A stretch of DNA of 64,000 nt. Origin: a virus. Lineage: Duplodnaviria; Caudoviricetes. The translations under genes were made by a program, and so were the position numbers. The stretch lies in IMG/VR virus record IMGVR_UViG_3300005973_000002. One strand, given 5' to 3'. Below are positions 1 through 9,680 of this stretch, in pieces (within the stretch, counting starts at the first letter, position 1; the number at the start of each line of letters is the position of its first letter). Under the pieces are notes generated by a model, which was given only the letters and a program-made list of their open reading frames with translations, was not told the origin of the DNA and ran no database searches.

Positions 1-1135
1 GAGTCTGTAAATACCAGTTCATCGATTCCATATCCATACCAGTTTCAATCATGGCACTCTTTAGCTTGTCATAGTCTTCTTCACGGACCGAGCCTCCAAC
101 AAGTTCGCCAACATCAGGAAAAATCAAATCAAAACACTCGGCATACAAACCTTCGGTCTTCATATAGAAAGGCTTCATTTGCTTGGGCCAATGTGTGATG
201 AACACCGGACCATTATATAGATCAACAAGCTTACGCTCGCCCTCGGCGCTCAAATCTTCACCCCAAGATTTACCAAGACGATCAATAGCTTGATCATAAG
301 TAATTCGGGGCCAAGACTTGGTCTTGGTGAACAACACCTTTTCCAGATGTTTTTGGTCAGTACGAAGCTTATCAAGTTCGGGTTGCCCAAGCGTCAAAAC
401 TGACGCTAGCGACGCTCGTATCAATTCTTCTGCCAGGTCCATCGTTTCTTCTAGATCATAAAAAGCCATTTCCGGCTCAACCATCCAAAACTCAGAAAGA
501 TGTCGACGACCAGTGGACTTTTCTGCACGGAAACAAGGCCCGAAAGTATAAATCTTACCACATGACATCATGCCAACTTCACCATGCAACTGAGCTGATA
601 CCGTTAGATGACTATCCATCCAATCGGATGAAACCTTGAAAGTTTCTCCGGCACCTTCACAATCAGCTGCGGTAATCAGTGGAGCATAATACTGGATAAA
701 ATCTCTTTTTGTTAGAATTTCATGAATTCGCATTGATAACAGGTGACGAATTCGCCAAACAGCTTGTGTTGCTGCGGTGCGTCCACGCATTCCTGGAATG
801 GACCTCAAAAACTCTGTGGAATGTTCCTTTGGCTGAATAGGAAAATCGTCATCGGAAGCTCCAACAACTGCAAAGGAAGAAACAAGGAATTCATACGAAC
901 CCCTCGGAGTCTTGGAATCCATTCCCACGGCCTCAAAAGAGGCTCCAATCTTGAGTTCACCAAGAACTCGTGCATCTTCATCGTCGCCCTTGTGCTTTAG
1001 GGTAAGTTGATATTCCTCCTTGCCATCGGTTGCAGCAAGGAAAGTAATTTTTTTACTACGACGAATCGAGCGAATCCATCCATGACGAATTCGCTCCCCA
1101 ACGCCAACATCTTTCGGCAAAAATTGCGATACCAT
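1..1135 (-). CDS. asnS: Asparaginyl-tRNA synthetase (3' end runs off the window)
   Basis: Manual translation from ATG 1135, open to the window edge. OB-fold GWIRSIRRSK, motif 2 FRAEKSTGRRHLSEFWMVEPEMAF, PVFITHWPKQMKPFYM and DLIFPDVGELVGGSVREE. Absent from the ORF track because no stop lies in the window. Confidence 0.92.
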   Translation of the reverse strand, partial: MVSQFLPKDVGVGERIRHGWIRSIRRSKKITFLAATDGKEEYQLTLKHKGDDEDARVLGELKIGASFEAVGMDSKTPRGSYEFLVSSFAVVGASDDDFPIQPKEHSTEFLRSIPGMRGRTAATQAVWRIRHLLSMRIHEILTKRDFIQYYAPLITAADCEGAGETFKVSSDWMDSHLTVSAQLHGEVGMMSCGKIYTFGPCFRAEKSTGRRHLSEFWMVEPEMAFYDLEETMDLAEELIRASLASVLTLGQPELDKLRTDQKHLEKVLFTKTKSWPRITYDQAIDRLGKSWGEDLSAEGERKLVDLYNGPVFITHWPKQMKPFYMKTEGLYAECFDLIFPDVGELVGGSVREEDYDKLKSAMIETGMDMESMNWYLQT

Positions 1136-1137
1136 GT

Positions 1138-1284
1138 CTAAAGCTTTTCAGTTAAGAGGGACACCCAAAAAAGTGGTCCAAAAATGGCTCCGAGAATAAT
1201 TCCCAAAACAATCCCTATGACAATTCCTAGCGGAATTGTTAACACAACAAGTGTTAATAACATTTTTTCTTTAAAATTTTTCAT
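1138..1284 (-). CDS. Small hydrophobic peptide (48 aa, Gly-zipper-like)
   Basis: Manual ORF MKNFKEKMLLTLVVLTIPLGIVIGIVLGIILGAIFGPLFW. Confidence 0.45.
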   Translation of the reverse strand: MKNFKEKMLLTLVVLTIPLGIVIGIVLGIILGAIFGPLFWVSLLTEKL

Positions 1285-1313
1285 TATTGACAAGTTTGTT
1301 CAAATGAGGCAAA

Positions 1314-1481
1314 TCAAGGGTATTTAAAAAGCGTGTGAGAAATCCAGGCAACCCAGGCAACAAACCCCTTTGTGACTCCAGTAAAGGCACCAACGATAGC
1401 ACCTATGATCATGCCAATAGGACTTGTAAGAATCGCAAGGCACATTGCCATCAAATATAATACAAGATATAATTTTTCCAT
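1314..1481 (-). CDS. Small hydrophobic peptide (55 aa, Gly-zipper-like)
   Basis: Manual ORF with an ATGA overlap on the nadK stop; SPIGMIIGAIVGAFTG resembles the neighbouring peptide. Confidence 0.5.
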   Translation of the reverse strand: MEKLYLVLYLMAMCLAILTSPIGMIIGAIVGAFTGVTKGFVAWVAWISHTLFKYP

Positions 1482-2389
1482 CACTTGCCCAAAATATTTA
1501 GAAAGTCATCAGACTGAGAAATTTTAATACGGTCCCCGGTAGTTACCGGGAAAGTCAGTGTAGTACCATCACATGATACCACGGCTTTTCTAGTTTTACA
1601 AGTGATTTCTACAGACTCATCTTTCTTAAAGAAACCACTTGTCCAGCGTAAAGTCATACCTCGTTCCAAATTTTTCACTGGCTCTCTTACAACAAATTGA
1701 CCTCTGTCATCTTCTAAATACAAAGGAAGACCGTCAGCACTTAAATTTGCTCCAGTGGAGCCACAAGCTGTAGAAATCCAAATTCCACTAGAACGATGCT
1801 CTTCTTTTACAATCTCCTCTTTATTTTTAGTAATTCTAAAAACATACTTCGTAAGAGCAGCAGGGTGTGACGCTGCAAACAGTACATCATTCAAAATACG
1901 ATCTTGAATCAGCTCACCATTTATTTCAAGTTTGAATCGCTTTACTCGTTTGCTTGGCAATGAGGAAGAAGCAAGGGGGCCGAAACCTTTCCAAAGTCTA
2001 AATTTAGTTTTAAAATTATTGGCATCTGCGCAAGTAAAAAATCCAACAGAACTGCCGGGTGCGGAGTTTACTCCCATTATTGGGACTTTTGTGCCAACAA
2101 ATTTTGATGCCCATAAAAATGTGCCATCACCACCAACCGTAATGACAATATCATAGTTGTCAATCTTTACAGCATTAGCACGATACCGCACATCAACTTT
2201 ATCAAGAGTGAAACTTGACAAATTCTCTTTAACAATTTCTAAAGTTCTCTGGTGTGCTTCATGCGTCACCAATATCGAAGCGACACTTTCATCTCCAGCT
2301 TCGATAAGGTCGAGAAGCTTCTCGTTCTTTCGCTCTTTTGCCAACTGGTAGGCACTTTTTTTATAAATAACGAGAACCTTCTTAGACAT
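1481..2389 (-). CDS. nadK: NAD+ kinase
   Basis: GGDGTFL signature, ND motif, SSGIWISTACGSTGANLSADG. Confidence 0.9.
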   Translation of the reverse strand: MSKKVLVIYKKSAYQLAKERKNEKLLDLIEAGDESVASILVTHEAHQRTLEIVKENLSSFTLDKVDVRYRANAVKIDNYDIVITVGGDGTFLWASKFVGTKVPIMGVNSAPGSSVGFFTCADANNFKTKFRLWKGFGPLASSSLPSKRVKRFKLEINGELIQDRILNDVLFAASHPAALTKYVFRITKNKEEIVKEEHRSSGIWISTACGSTGANLSADGLPLYLEDDRGQFVVREPVKNLERGMTLRWTSGFFKKDESVEITCKTRKAVVSCDGTTLTFPVTTGDRIKISQSDDFLNILGK

Positions 2390-2481
2390 TTTTATTTACT
2401 TAATAGATTGAACTTTTAAATCATTTTTAGCTTAATTTGATGTCAGCAGCTCATAAAATCATAGGATTATTTTAATCCATT

Positions 2482-3366
2482 TCAGATTTCCATGGCGCTC
2501 CAATAATAGCGGAAGCTAAGCATTACCCAGAAATTAAAATCTCTTAATGGTGTTCTTTCTAAACGAATTTCAGCCTCAGGACCCCACCGACCACCATCTG
2601 CTTCATCGTGAACATTTAAAAACAATCGCTCTTGGATAAGAAAACCAGTGGTCTGCCAATTTACTAAACCACCGCCGCCAGACTCAGCTTCTGGATCACG
2701 TGGCGGAACCTCGCACATAAGGTCGCCACCGGCAAGAACTTCGTCGAAGTTGTCACAAACAATTTCTGTTCCTGACAAATCAATTTCTCCGGTGCCCACT
2801 TCCAAATTTTGGTATACAGAGACCTGTAAAAAATTTTCAAACCGCCAAAACTTGGCTCGAATTCTTGCACCTACTTGAATACCCCATTCTTGAAGATTGA
2901 CATTGTTCAATGATTCATCAAAGTAATCTACTCCTAAATTTACATCAACTCTAACAATGTCTTCGTGTGAACGAGTATACGAAAAGCCAGCCAACAGTCT
3001 CAGTTCATCACCATCAAGATATCGACGGTAGGTAATATCAGAAACTCCAATAGCTAAAAGATGTCCATAACCTGAAACCTCTGTAAATAACCAATCATTA
3101 GGAGAGTTACCTAAAGCACCTATGTTGACATTTAATCCCACATATGCCCAATCTGATTGGAAATCAAATCCACCACCACCAACGACACCCGCTGAATCAT
3201 GCCTCGACATTAGACCGAGGCCGCCGTTTAATGTCAATACGGGAAAGTGGGGTTCATTATTTTCTGACTCTTCCGTTGAATTTTGTTCGTTGGTACCGTT
3301 AGTGGCTTGAGCCAATGCAAAATTTGGCACTATGACCAAGAATGTGATTAATGAAATGTATTTCAT
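2482..3366 (-). CDS. Secreted protein, possibly an outer-membrane beta-barrel
   Basis: Signal peptide (ALA-Q), alternating beta-strand pattern, aromatic C-terminus. Confidence 0.55.
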   Translation of the reverse strand: MKYISLITFLVIVPNFALAQATNGTNEQNSTEESENNEPHFPVLTLNGGLGLMSRHDSAGVVGGGGFDFQSDWAYVGLNVNIGALGNSPNDWLFTEVSGYGHLLAIGVSDITYRRYLDGDELRLLAGFSYTRSHEDIVRVDVNLGVDYFDESLNNVNLQEWGIQVGARIRAKFWRFENFLQVSVYQNLEVGTGEIDLSGTEIVCDNFDEVLAGGDLMCEVPPRDPEAESGGGGLVNWQTTGFLIQERLFLNVHDEADGGRWGPEAEIRLERTPLRDFNFWVMLSFRYYWSAMEI

Positions 3367-3761
3367 TCTTTCTCCAGGTTCAGCTGTTTCATAACAAAAG
3401 CAATTTGCTTATCAAGTATTCTTGCAGAATTGCCAACATCTACCAAATTTAATTTGGCAGCTATATAACGATCCTCAGAGGTTTTTCTTTCTAACTCACA
3501 TGTAGCTAGAAATGCAGACTCTAAATAAGCATCACAGGTTTCGGCATGTTCTGCGGCTTTTTGGAGTAAAACTGTTAGTTCTGCTTCTCTGTCCCCTGCG
3601 ACTAGTTTTATATCTTTAAAGTTTTGTTCAGCTACATAATCTTGAACGACCATCATTAATGATTGTTCAATCATTTCTATGAGGCTGGACTCGTCCAATA
3701 GATTTTGATGATTTTTCAGGCGTTCCCAAAGGTCTTCTGCTTCAGACTTGAAGTTCTTCAT
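3363..3761 (-). CDS. Hypothetical protein
   Basis: 132-aa ORF tightly packed in the operon. Confidence 0.55.
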   Translation of the reverse strand: MKNFKSEAEDLWERLKNHQNLLDESSLIEMIEQSLMMVVQDYVAEQNFKDIKLVAGDREAELTVLLQKAAEHAETCDAYLESAFLATCELERKTSEDRYIAAKLNLVDVGNSARILDKQIAFVMKQLNLEKE

Positions 3762-3969
3762 TATCCAATTCCAGTGCTTTTAACACCTTACGGTATCTGG
3801 ATATGATTTTAACCTGGTTCATCACTGCATCAGCAATGGCTGAAAGCTCTTCTTCGGAAAGACCTGGCTTTAGCTTGGGTGTGATATCAATATAAAATTT
3901 CTTATTTGAGATAAGAGGGTCGTCATACTCAAAAACTATCGAATTGCTATTTTTAGTTGATTTTGCCAC
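3742..3969 (-). CDS. Hypothetical protein
   Basis: 75-aa ORF overlapping its neighbour. Confidence 0.45.
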   Translation of the reverse strand: MAKSTKNSNSIVFEYDDPLISNKKFYIDITPKLKPGLSEEELSAIADAVMNQVKIISRYRKVLKALELDNEELQV

Positions 3970-4088
3970 TACTTTTAAGTATTTCTAATACCGTTTCGTA
4001 TCGAATGTAGATTATGAAACTAGACGCTAGCTATCGTCCCCATATTTTACAATAAAATTACTAATTCTTTGGTCTTTAGTTTTGAACA

Positions 4089-4316
4089 TTAACCGCCCAA
4101 AATGCAAATCAAGCTATATGTCTGATATGAAATGCCATCTCTTGGATAGGTGTCCATGCGCCATGTATTTCGATACGCAGCTGCCCACTCTCCTCTTTTC
4201 AGATTCGTAGCAACTTTACGATAAGCTCTTGCATCATCAGAATTAGTTTCTTTGCTTGCAAGATTTTCCAATTCGAAAATTGCTTCTTCGATTCGTCTTT
4301 GGAGTTTTTCTGGCAT
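4089..4316 (-). CDS. Hypothetical protein
   Basis: 75-aa ORF directly after tRNA-Ile. Confidence 0.5.
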   Translation of the reverse strand: MPEKLQRRIEEAIFELENLASKETNSDDARAYRKVATNLKRGEWAAAYRNTWRMDTYPRDGISYQTYSLICILGG

Positions 4317-4326
4317 TTTTATTTAA

Positions 4327-4402
4327 TAGGACGCCCAGGAATCGAACCTGGTGACGACACAGTTTATAAGACTGCCGGCTTGAACCATCGGCCTCACGTC
4401 CT
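4327..4402 (-). tRNA. tRNA-Ile(UAU)
   Basis: Cloverleaf; anticodon arm GCAGT-CTTATAA-ACTGT. Confidence 0.85.
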
Positions 4403-4425
4403 GAACTATTACCAAGTATAGCAGC

Positions 4426-4746
4426 TCACCTTGGATTGTTGAACAGAAAAAGATTTATCCTCTTCCTAAGTTCATTAGCTTTTTTACTATCTTCATCTTC
4501 TGAAGAAATCAGATACTGTAATATATTTCTAAGCTCTTCTCTAAAGAATTGTACACGATCAGCTGACGCATCTCTTTCGTCTATAATTGTTTTAACTGAC
4601 GCTTCAATAGAAAGTCCCGCAGCATTAGGTGCTCTTCTGCTAAGAATTGCCGAAGTCATTTCAAACTTTTTACGCCAAGCAGCATTTTCATTTAATAAAC
4701 GAATCAAAGCTTCATTGAGTTCTTCAACATCTTTTTCTTTTGGCAT
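4426..4746 (-). CDS. Hypothetical protein
   Basis: 106-aa ORF with ATACTTA motif upstream. Confidence 0.55.
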   Translation of the reverse strand: MPKEKDVEELNEALIRLLNENAAWRKKFEMTSAILSRRAPNAAGLSIEASVKTIIDERDASADRVQFFREELRNILQYLISSEDEDSKKANELRKRINLFLFNNPR

Positions 4747-5000
4747 CTAAGATAAGTATGTGAAATATCACTTCGAAAGCATGATAACAATTAAAAACGA
4801 TGACAATACCACAATGTCAATAGGAAATTGGCGTCGCTGGTTTTTTTCCAGATATAGAAGGAAGCTACAACCTAAGCCTATTAACATTATGGTATTGTCA
4901 TCGTGAAAAATGCACAGAGGAAATCAGCAGCGCTGGTTAAAGATTACAATTTAGAAGGAAGCTCTAACTTAAGCCTCTGGCATAAGTATCAGTTAATCTC

Positions 5001-7184
5001 CTATGCTAGGAATTCATTCAAAACTGATTCAATCTCAGTTGCATTGAAGTCGCAGTCCGTAACACCGATCGTAAGATCGGCTTCATCACGGTCCTGAACC
5101 AGGATAGCACCTCGGCCATGAACATTGAACAAGGCAAGGTCAAGCATGTTCGGCTTCGTCTCAGCCATCCTGGAGATTTCTCTCGTAATAGCAGAAACCG
5201 ATTCAAGCGAATTTTCAACTCGGTTGTAAAGAATACGATTCCCCACATAGAGGTCTACAAAGACAATTTCATTAGTGTGCAAGTCTACAATCATTGGAAG
5301 ACTGTATGCGGCACGACCATTCAAGTTGAAAGCATTTTCAACCGTCTTGATATCAAAAGACTTGTACTTTTTATCAACCTTTTTACGGCACATCCAACCA
5401 GCATAGCACTCGTCCATATCAGCAAAGGAATCACCAGCGAAACGATAAATTTGTGGTGCAACATAACGAACGCCCCTCTTCTTTAAGACATCAATCTTGA
5501 CGTCAATGAATTCAGATGCACCATACGGAGCAGAGGTGATATCACCGGAGTGAACAATGCCAGAATCCGAAAGACGGGTGTAGCTAACATGACCCCTAAA
5601 ATTCATATTCTCGTCAAACTGAACCAAGGAAAGGTCAAGGTCTGTACAGGTATTCTTTTGCTTCCACCAAATGAAAAGACGAAGAACTTTTGAATCGTCG
5701 AACTTAAGACGAGTTCCTCGACCAACAGTCAAGAAAGAATCAGAAGCCTTGCGCTGTTGAAGCGGCACAACAAAGCTCTTCAAAATCGGGTCAACCCAAA
5801 CCTTCTTATCGGCCCAGCTTTCCTTTTCCTGTGCAATCTTCTTTTTAATTGCATCAGCCATGATAGCACCAGCAGCTACACCAGTGCGGTCAAGCTTTGG
5901 AAGCTCGTTCTTGAAGATCTTAATTTTGCCCTTTTTATTGATAACAGTACGATAATCGCAGTCATCAACTGTCCAGAAATAACGCTCCAAAACAAGAAGG
6001 GTTTTGAGTGGGACACGCTCTGCAACCTGCTCAAAAGCAGTTAAAACTTCGCCCTCACCACCATGAGCCGAAGCTCGACGAAGAACTGCGTGAAGTCGTC
6101 GAGCGAACTCACCCGGACGCTGCTTGAGCATCTCAAGATCATAAGAACCCGCAGACATAAGCATTTCGATTGTGTTGTTCCACGTGGCAAGCTTTTTCTC
6201 GCTGATTAGAGCGAAACCAGCAACCGCTGTCTTGTATTTGCCAATGTATTCACCAAAGTGAAGACCACGACCAATTGCGATCCAGAGACCACGATAAGTC
6301 TGCATATCCGTTGCCAAGCCTGGGAATTTATCCAAGGTTGCCATGATCAAACGTCGTTGCCTACGAGAAAATTTTGGAAACTTAATCTTTTCAGAAAGCG
6401 AAATGTCGCTATCTGTAAGTGCAGCAAAAAGACGCAAAAGATCTGTCGGGGCAGACGCAAGATTTAGCGCAGCCTCATAGTCCCCCTTGCTCCAGAAATA
6501 CTTCTGGACGTACGCCTTCGTTTCCTTGAAGGAAATTTGGTCACCGGGAATGTAATCTGCGCCATAAAGGTCAAGCAGAGTTTCAATATCTTCCCTGATG
6601 GTTTCTTTGATGGAAGACTTTGCTGTCAAAATATCGTTTAGATACTTCTGCCCAATTTCCCAAGCCTCATGTTCCGTAACAAAACGAAGCTTTGAAAGTG
6701 ACTTGGCCGTGTCTTCTTCACGGGCCTTTTGGTTATCAATTCCCTTGAGAAAGAGACCAAGATCTTGAAATTGAGTAATTGGGTCAACACCGAACTCATT
6801 GAGATCAAAAAGCCATTCAGGTATAATTACGCCCGAATCAAGCGTTTGACCGTTGGTAAACAATCCCAATACATTTCCCATAAGGCCATAAAACCTCTTT
6901 GAGAAATGCTCAAGTTCCGAAGGAACCTTGTTGGGAAAACCGGAAAAGAGCGGTACGTAATCTACATGACCAGCTTTTAACTTCTTAAGTGAGTTGATAA
7001 TCTTTGAATGGTTATCAAGAACAGTGTCAGCATACTTGTGCGTATCAATTGGTTCATAACCAAGAGAAGCCAGGCCGGAAAGGAAAATAAGCTTTTTTGC
7101 TGGAGTGGCACTCGTGCCATCCGGCACAACTAAAATACGCTTTTGACGGAGTAGTACGTCTGCCAATTTTTTGGAATATGTCAT
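5001..7184 (-). CDS. Large TerD-domain stress-response-type protein
   Basis: C-terminal DLDLS...HSGDITSAPYGASEFIDV resembles TerD. Start reset to ATG 7184 because the track ORF extends through two tRNA genes. Confidence 0.7.
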   Translation of the reverse strand: MTYSKKLADVLLRQKRILVVPDGTSATPAKKLIFLSGLASLGYEPIDTHKYADTVLDNHSKIINSLKKLKAGHVDYVPLFSGFPNKVPSELEHFSKRFYGLMGNVLGLFTNGQTLDSGVIIPEWLFDLNEFGVDPITQFQDLGLFLKGIDNQKAREEDTAKSLSKLRFVTEHEAWEIGQKYLNDILTAKSSIKETIREDIETLLDLYGADYIPGDQISFKETKAYVQKYFWSKGDYEAALNLASAPTDLLRLFAALTDSDISLSEKIKFPKFSRRQRRLIMATLDKFPGLATDMQTYRGLWIAIGRGLHFGEYIGKYKTAVAGFALISEKKLATWNNTIEMLMSAGSYDLEMLKQRPGEFARRLHAVLRRASAHGGEGEVLTAFEQVAERVPLKTLLVLERYFWTVDDCDYRTVINKKGKIKIFKNELPKLDRTGVAAGAIMADAIKKKIAQEKESWADKKVWVDPILKSFVVPLQQRKASDSFLTVGRGTRLKFDDSKVLRLFIWWKQKNTCTDLDLSLVQFDENMNFRGHVSYTRLSDSGIVHSGDITSAPYGASEFIDVKIDVLKKRGVRYVAPQIYRFAGDSFADMDECYAGWMCRKKVDKKYKSFDIKTVENAFNLNGRAAYSLPMIVDLHTNEIVFVDLYVGNRILYNRVENSLESVSAITREISRMAETKPNMLDLALFNVHGRGAILVQDRDEADLTIGVTDCDFNATEIESVLNEFLA

Positions 7185-7204
7185 TGTTTCCCTAATAATA
7201 TTAG

Positions 7205-7278
7205 TGTGATCGGGGAGAATTGAACTCCCATTTCCCGAGTCACAGTCGGGCGCCTTAAACCATTGAGACCACGACCAC
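7205..7278 (-). tRNA. tRNA-His(GUG), G-1 opposite A73
   Basis: CCCGA-CTGTGAC-TCGGG anticodon arm; followed by CTAA. Confidence 0.85.
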
Positions 7279-7290
7279 CACAAAATTTGA

Positions 7291-7367
7291 AGACGAGGTA
7301 GGGAATCGAACCCTAATAACATGCGGTTTTGCAGACCGCCGGCAGCAAACCCAGCTACAACCTCGTC
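7291..7367 (-). tRNA. tRNA-Cys(GCA)
   Basis: GCGGT-CTGCAAA-ACCGC; U73. Confidence 0.88.
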
Positions 7368-7410
7368 ATTAGACTTATATTTTTAGCAGGCAATCACTAA
7401 AGTGTAAACC

Positions 7411-8994
7411 CTATTGGCCACTTTTTCCATAATTAGGCAACACTCTAGCACTTGGATCGGTAACCTTGCAATTTTCCCATTCTTGGTTGGGCAACCAAAG
7501 TGCAGGTATAAGCTTGTCACGACCAGGATAATGTTTGTCAAAGATTTGACGGTAAAACAAACCTTCTTTGCTTAGTGGAGGTACATGTTTATATTCAGCA
7601 CTCCATGCTTCAAACTCTTTATCAGAAATCATCATTTCTGCATATGCCTTAATTCCATCAGCAACTGAATGTCCAACTGCGTCAGAAAATGCTGCTTTAT
7701 CTCTAAATAAAACATCTTTAGGCAGAAGTTTGAATTCTTCAAAAGAAGAACGTAGAAGGTGCTTTCCAATGCCTGTTGTGTTCATCTTAACCTGTGGATC
7801 AATTGACATAACGAAATCAACAAATTCAAGATCGCCAAATGGCACACGAGCCTCTAGAGCGTGTGAAGAAATACAACGGTCAGCTCTCAACACGTCATAA
7901 AGATAAAGCTCTCTGATGCGCTTCTGAGCCTCTTCCTGAAAAGCCGCAGGAGTCGGTGCAAAGTCTGTGTACTTGTAACCAAAAAGCTCATCAGAAACTT
8001 CACCAGTCATAAGAACTTTAATATCAGTATTCTCACGAATCCATTTACAAACCAAGTACATTCCGATAGATGCTCTTATTGTTGTTACATCCCAAGTTTC
8101 AAGCTGATAAATCAACTCGTCAAGGGTGTTCATAACTTCCTGTTGAGTGAAAGTTACGGTTGTGTGTTCCGCACCAATATATTCGGCCACCTTTTCAGCC
8201 CATGGGTTATCAATAGCATCAAGCTCTGATCCTACCGAAAAAGTTCTAATTGGAGTTTTCAAAAGTTTTGAAGCGATGGCACAAACCAAACTAGAATCTA
8301 AACCACCGCTAAGCAGGAAACCAATCGGTGCATCTGAATGCAAACGCTTTTCTACAGCTTTTGTAAGTTTGGTTGCAATTCCATCCTTCACTTCTTCAAT
8401 AGGCCGATGAAACGTATGCTGGTCTACCATCGACCGAAAGGGCTTCAATTGTCCATTAATGAGGATATGTCCTGGCGGAAACGGCATTACCGTTTCGAAT
8501 AGATCAGTCAATGCTTTTGCTTCGGATGCTAGTGCATATTCTCCATCTGGATTGACTCCGTAAAATAGAGGTCGAATACCAATTGGATCTCGTGCCGCTT
8601 GCAGATCATCAGAACTTGCATTATAATAAACCAGTGCGAATTCAGCATCTAAGTTTTGGGCCGCACGAAGCATACCGACGTTAGCTATTAACGGCAACAG
8701 TGCTTCACAATCAGAAGTAGATCGATAATCATAGCCAGAATACATCTCTCTTAGATGCTTTTCATTGTAAATCTCACCGTTGCAAACTACGAATGCTTCG
8801 TTAGTGTAATCAACAAATGGCTGGTTTCCACGAAACGTCAAATCCATGATTGATAAACGATGAAATGCAATGAAAACATCATTAACTCTTTGATACGTGG
8901 TCAAGTCAGGTCCACGATGCTTTAACCTTGAAGCAGCTTCTACAAGTTTATGTTCAGGGATTTTTATGCCCTTATACGCAAAGATTCCGCACAT
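7411..8994 (-). CDS. asnB: Asparagine synthetase B (glutamine-hydrolysing)
   Basis: N-terminal MCGIF, HRGPD, NGEIYN, LSGGLDSS, TTIRASIGMY, SDELFGY, LRADR, EARVPF. Confidence 0.95.
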   Translation of the reverse strand: MCGIFAYKGIKIPEHKLVEAASRLKHRGPDLTTYQRVNDVFIAFHRLSIMDLTFRGNQPFVDYTNEAFVVCNGEIYNEKHLREMYSGYDYRSTSDCEALLPLIANVGMLRAAQNLDAEFALVYYNASSDDLQAARDPIGIRPLFYGVNPDGEYALASEAKALTDLFETVMPFPPGHILINGQLKPFRSMVDQHTFHRPIEEVKDGIATKLTKAVEKRLHSDAPIGFLLSGGLDSSLVCAIASKLLKTPIRTFSVGSELDAIDNPWAEKVAEYIGAEHTTVTFTQQEVMNTLDELIYQLETWDVTTIRASIGMYLVCKWIRENTDIKVLMTGEVSDELFGYKYTDFAPTPAAFQEEAQKRIRELYLYDVLRADRCISSHALEARVPFGDLEFVDFVMSIDPQVKMNTTGIGKHLLRSSFEEFKLLPKDVLFRDKAAFSDAVGHSVADGIKAYAEMMISDKEFEAWSAEYKHVPPLSKEGLFYRQIFDKHYPGRDKLIPALWLPNQEWENCKVTDPSARVLPNYGKSGQ

Positions 8995-9192
8995 ATGTGT
9001 CTTCCTACTTTCTCTATGGAAGATATCATCTTATGAAAAAGCTGTTTACCAGCTTTGGAAATTAACAAAGGAAGGTGGACTTGCACCACATACGGATATA
9101 TCCTCACTCCTGAATACTGGAGCTGCTTTCACCATACCCATACCGCACCTCTCCACGAGGTGGTCAGCACGCTTGTCTGATTCATCCAGTGT

Positions 9193-9279
9193 TGGCGGAA
9201 GGCAGAGGAGTTGAACCCCATGGCCGAAACCACTCCACGCTTAGCAGGCGGGACCTGTCACCGTTCAGGATTACCTTCC
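9193..9279 (-). tRNA. tRNA-Ser(GCU)
   Basis: CTGCTAA loop, long variable arm, CCA. Confidence 0.9.
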
Positions 9280-9335
9280 ATGTTGTTTGTTTTCAATAAC
9301 AATACACTCTTTTAAAGAGCTTATTCTTACGTTAG

Positions 9336-9426
9336 CGGAGAGCACTGGAGTCGAACCAGATGCGAGTTTCTCACCCGCACGCACCGCTTTCCAGGCGGCC
9401 CCCATCACCGTCAGGGCTTACTCTCC
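9336..9426 (-). tRNA. tRNA-Ser(GGA)
   Basis: GCCGC-CTGGAAA-GCGGT, long variable arm, followed by CTAA. Confidence 0.9.
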
Positions 9427-9680
9427 AAAATTATTCAAATGAATTTCACAGAAATTACTAAGCATCATTGCCGTATCCTTGTAAGTATGGGACTACAAAG
9501 AAAGAATAGATAGTTCACACCCTGCATTAGCACAATAACGCTTGTAAGTTTAAGCAAATCGTGGTCCACTATTTCAATCAAAAACACAGATTGTTCTTCA
9601 AATGATTTTACATTGAGCACGCATCTAAGATACAGTTACAACTCAAACGTTCTCTGCTTGAGCATCTTTTTCTTGCTTAG

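Noticed and set aside
743-1000. Plus-strand 85-aa track ORF, and the many other short antisense ORFs
   Set aside because: It lies opposite the clearly coding asnS; such shadow ORFs show no motifs or ribosome-binding sites
7185-7322. N-terminal extension of the TerD-domain ORF, and similar extensions at 17797, 20828, 22525, 26199 and 38525
   Set aside because: They read through tRNA or tRNA-like genes; downstream ATGs fit better
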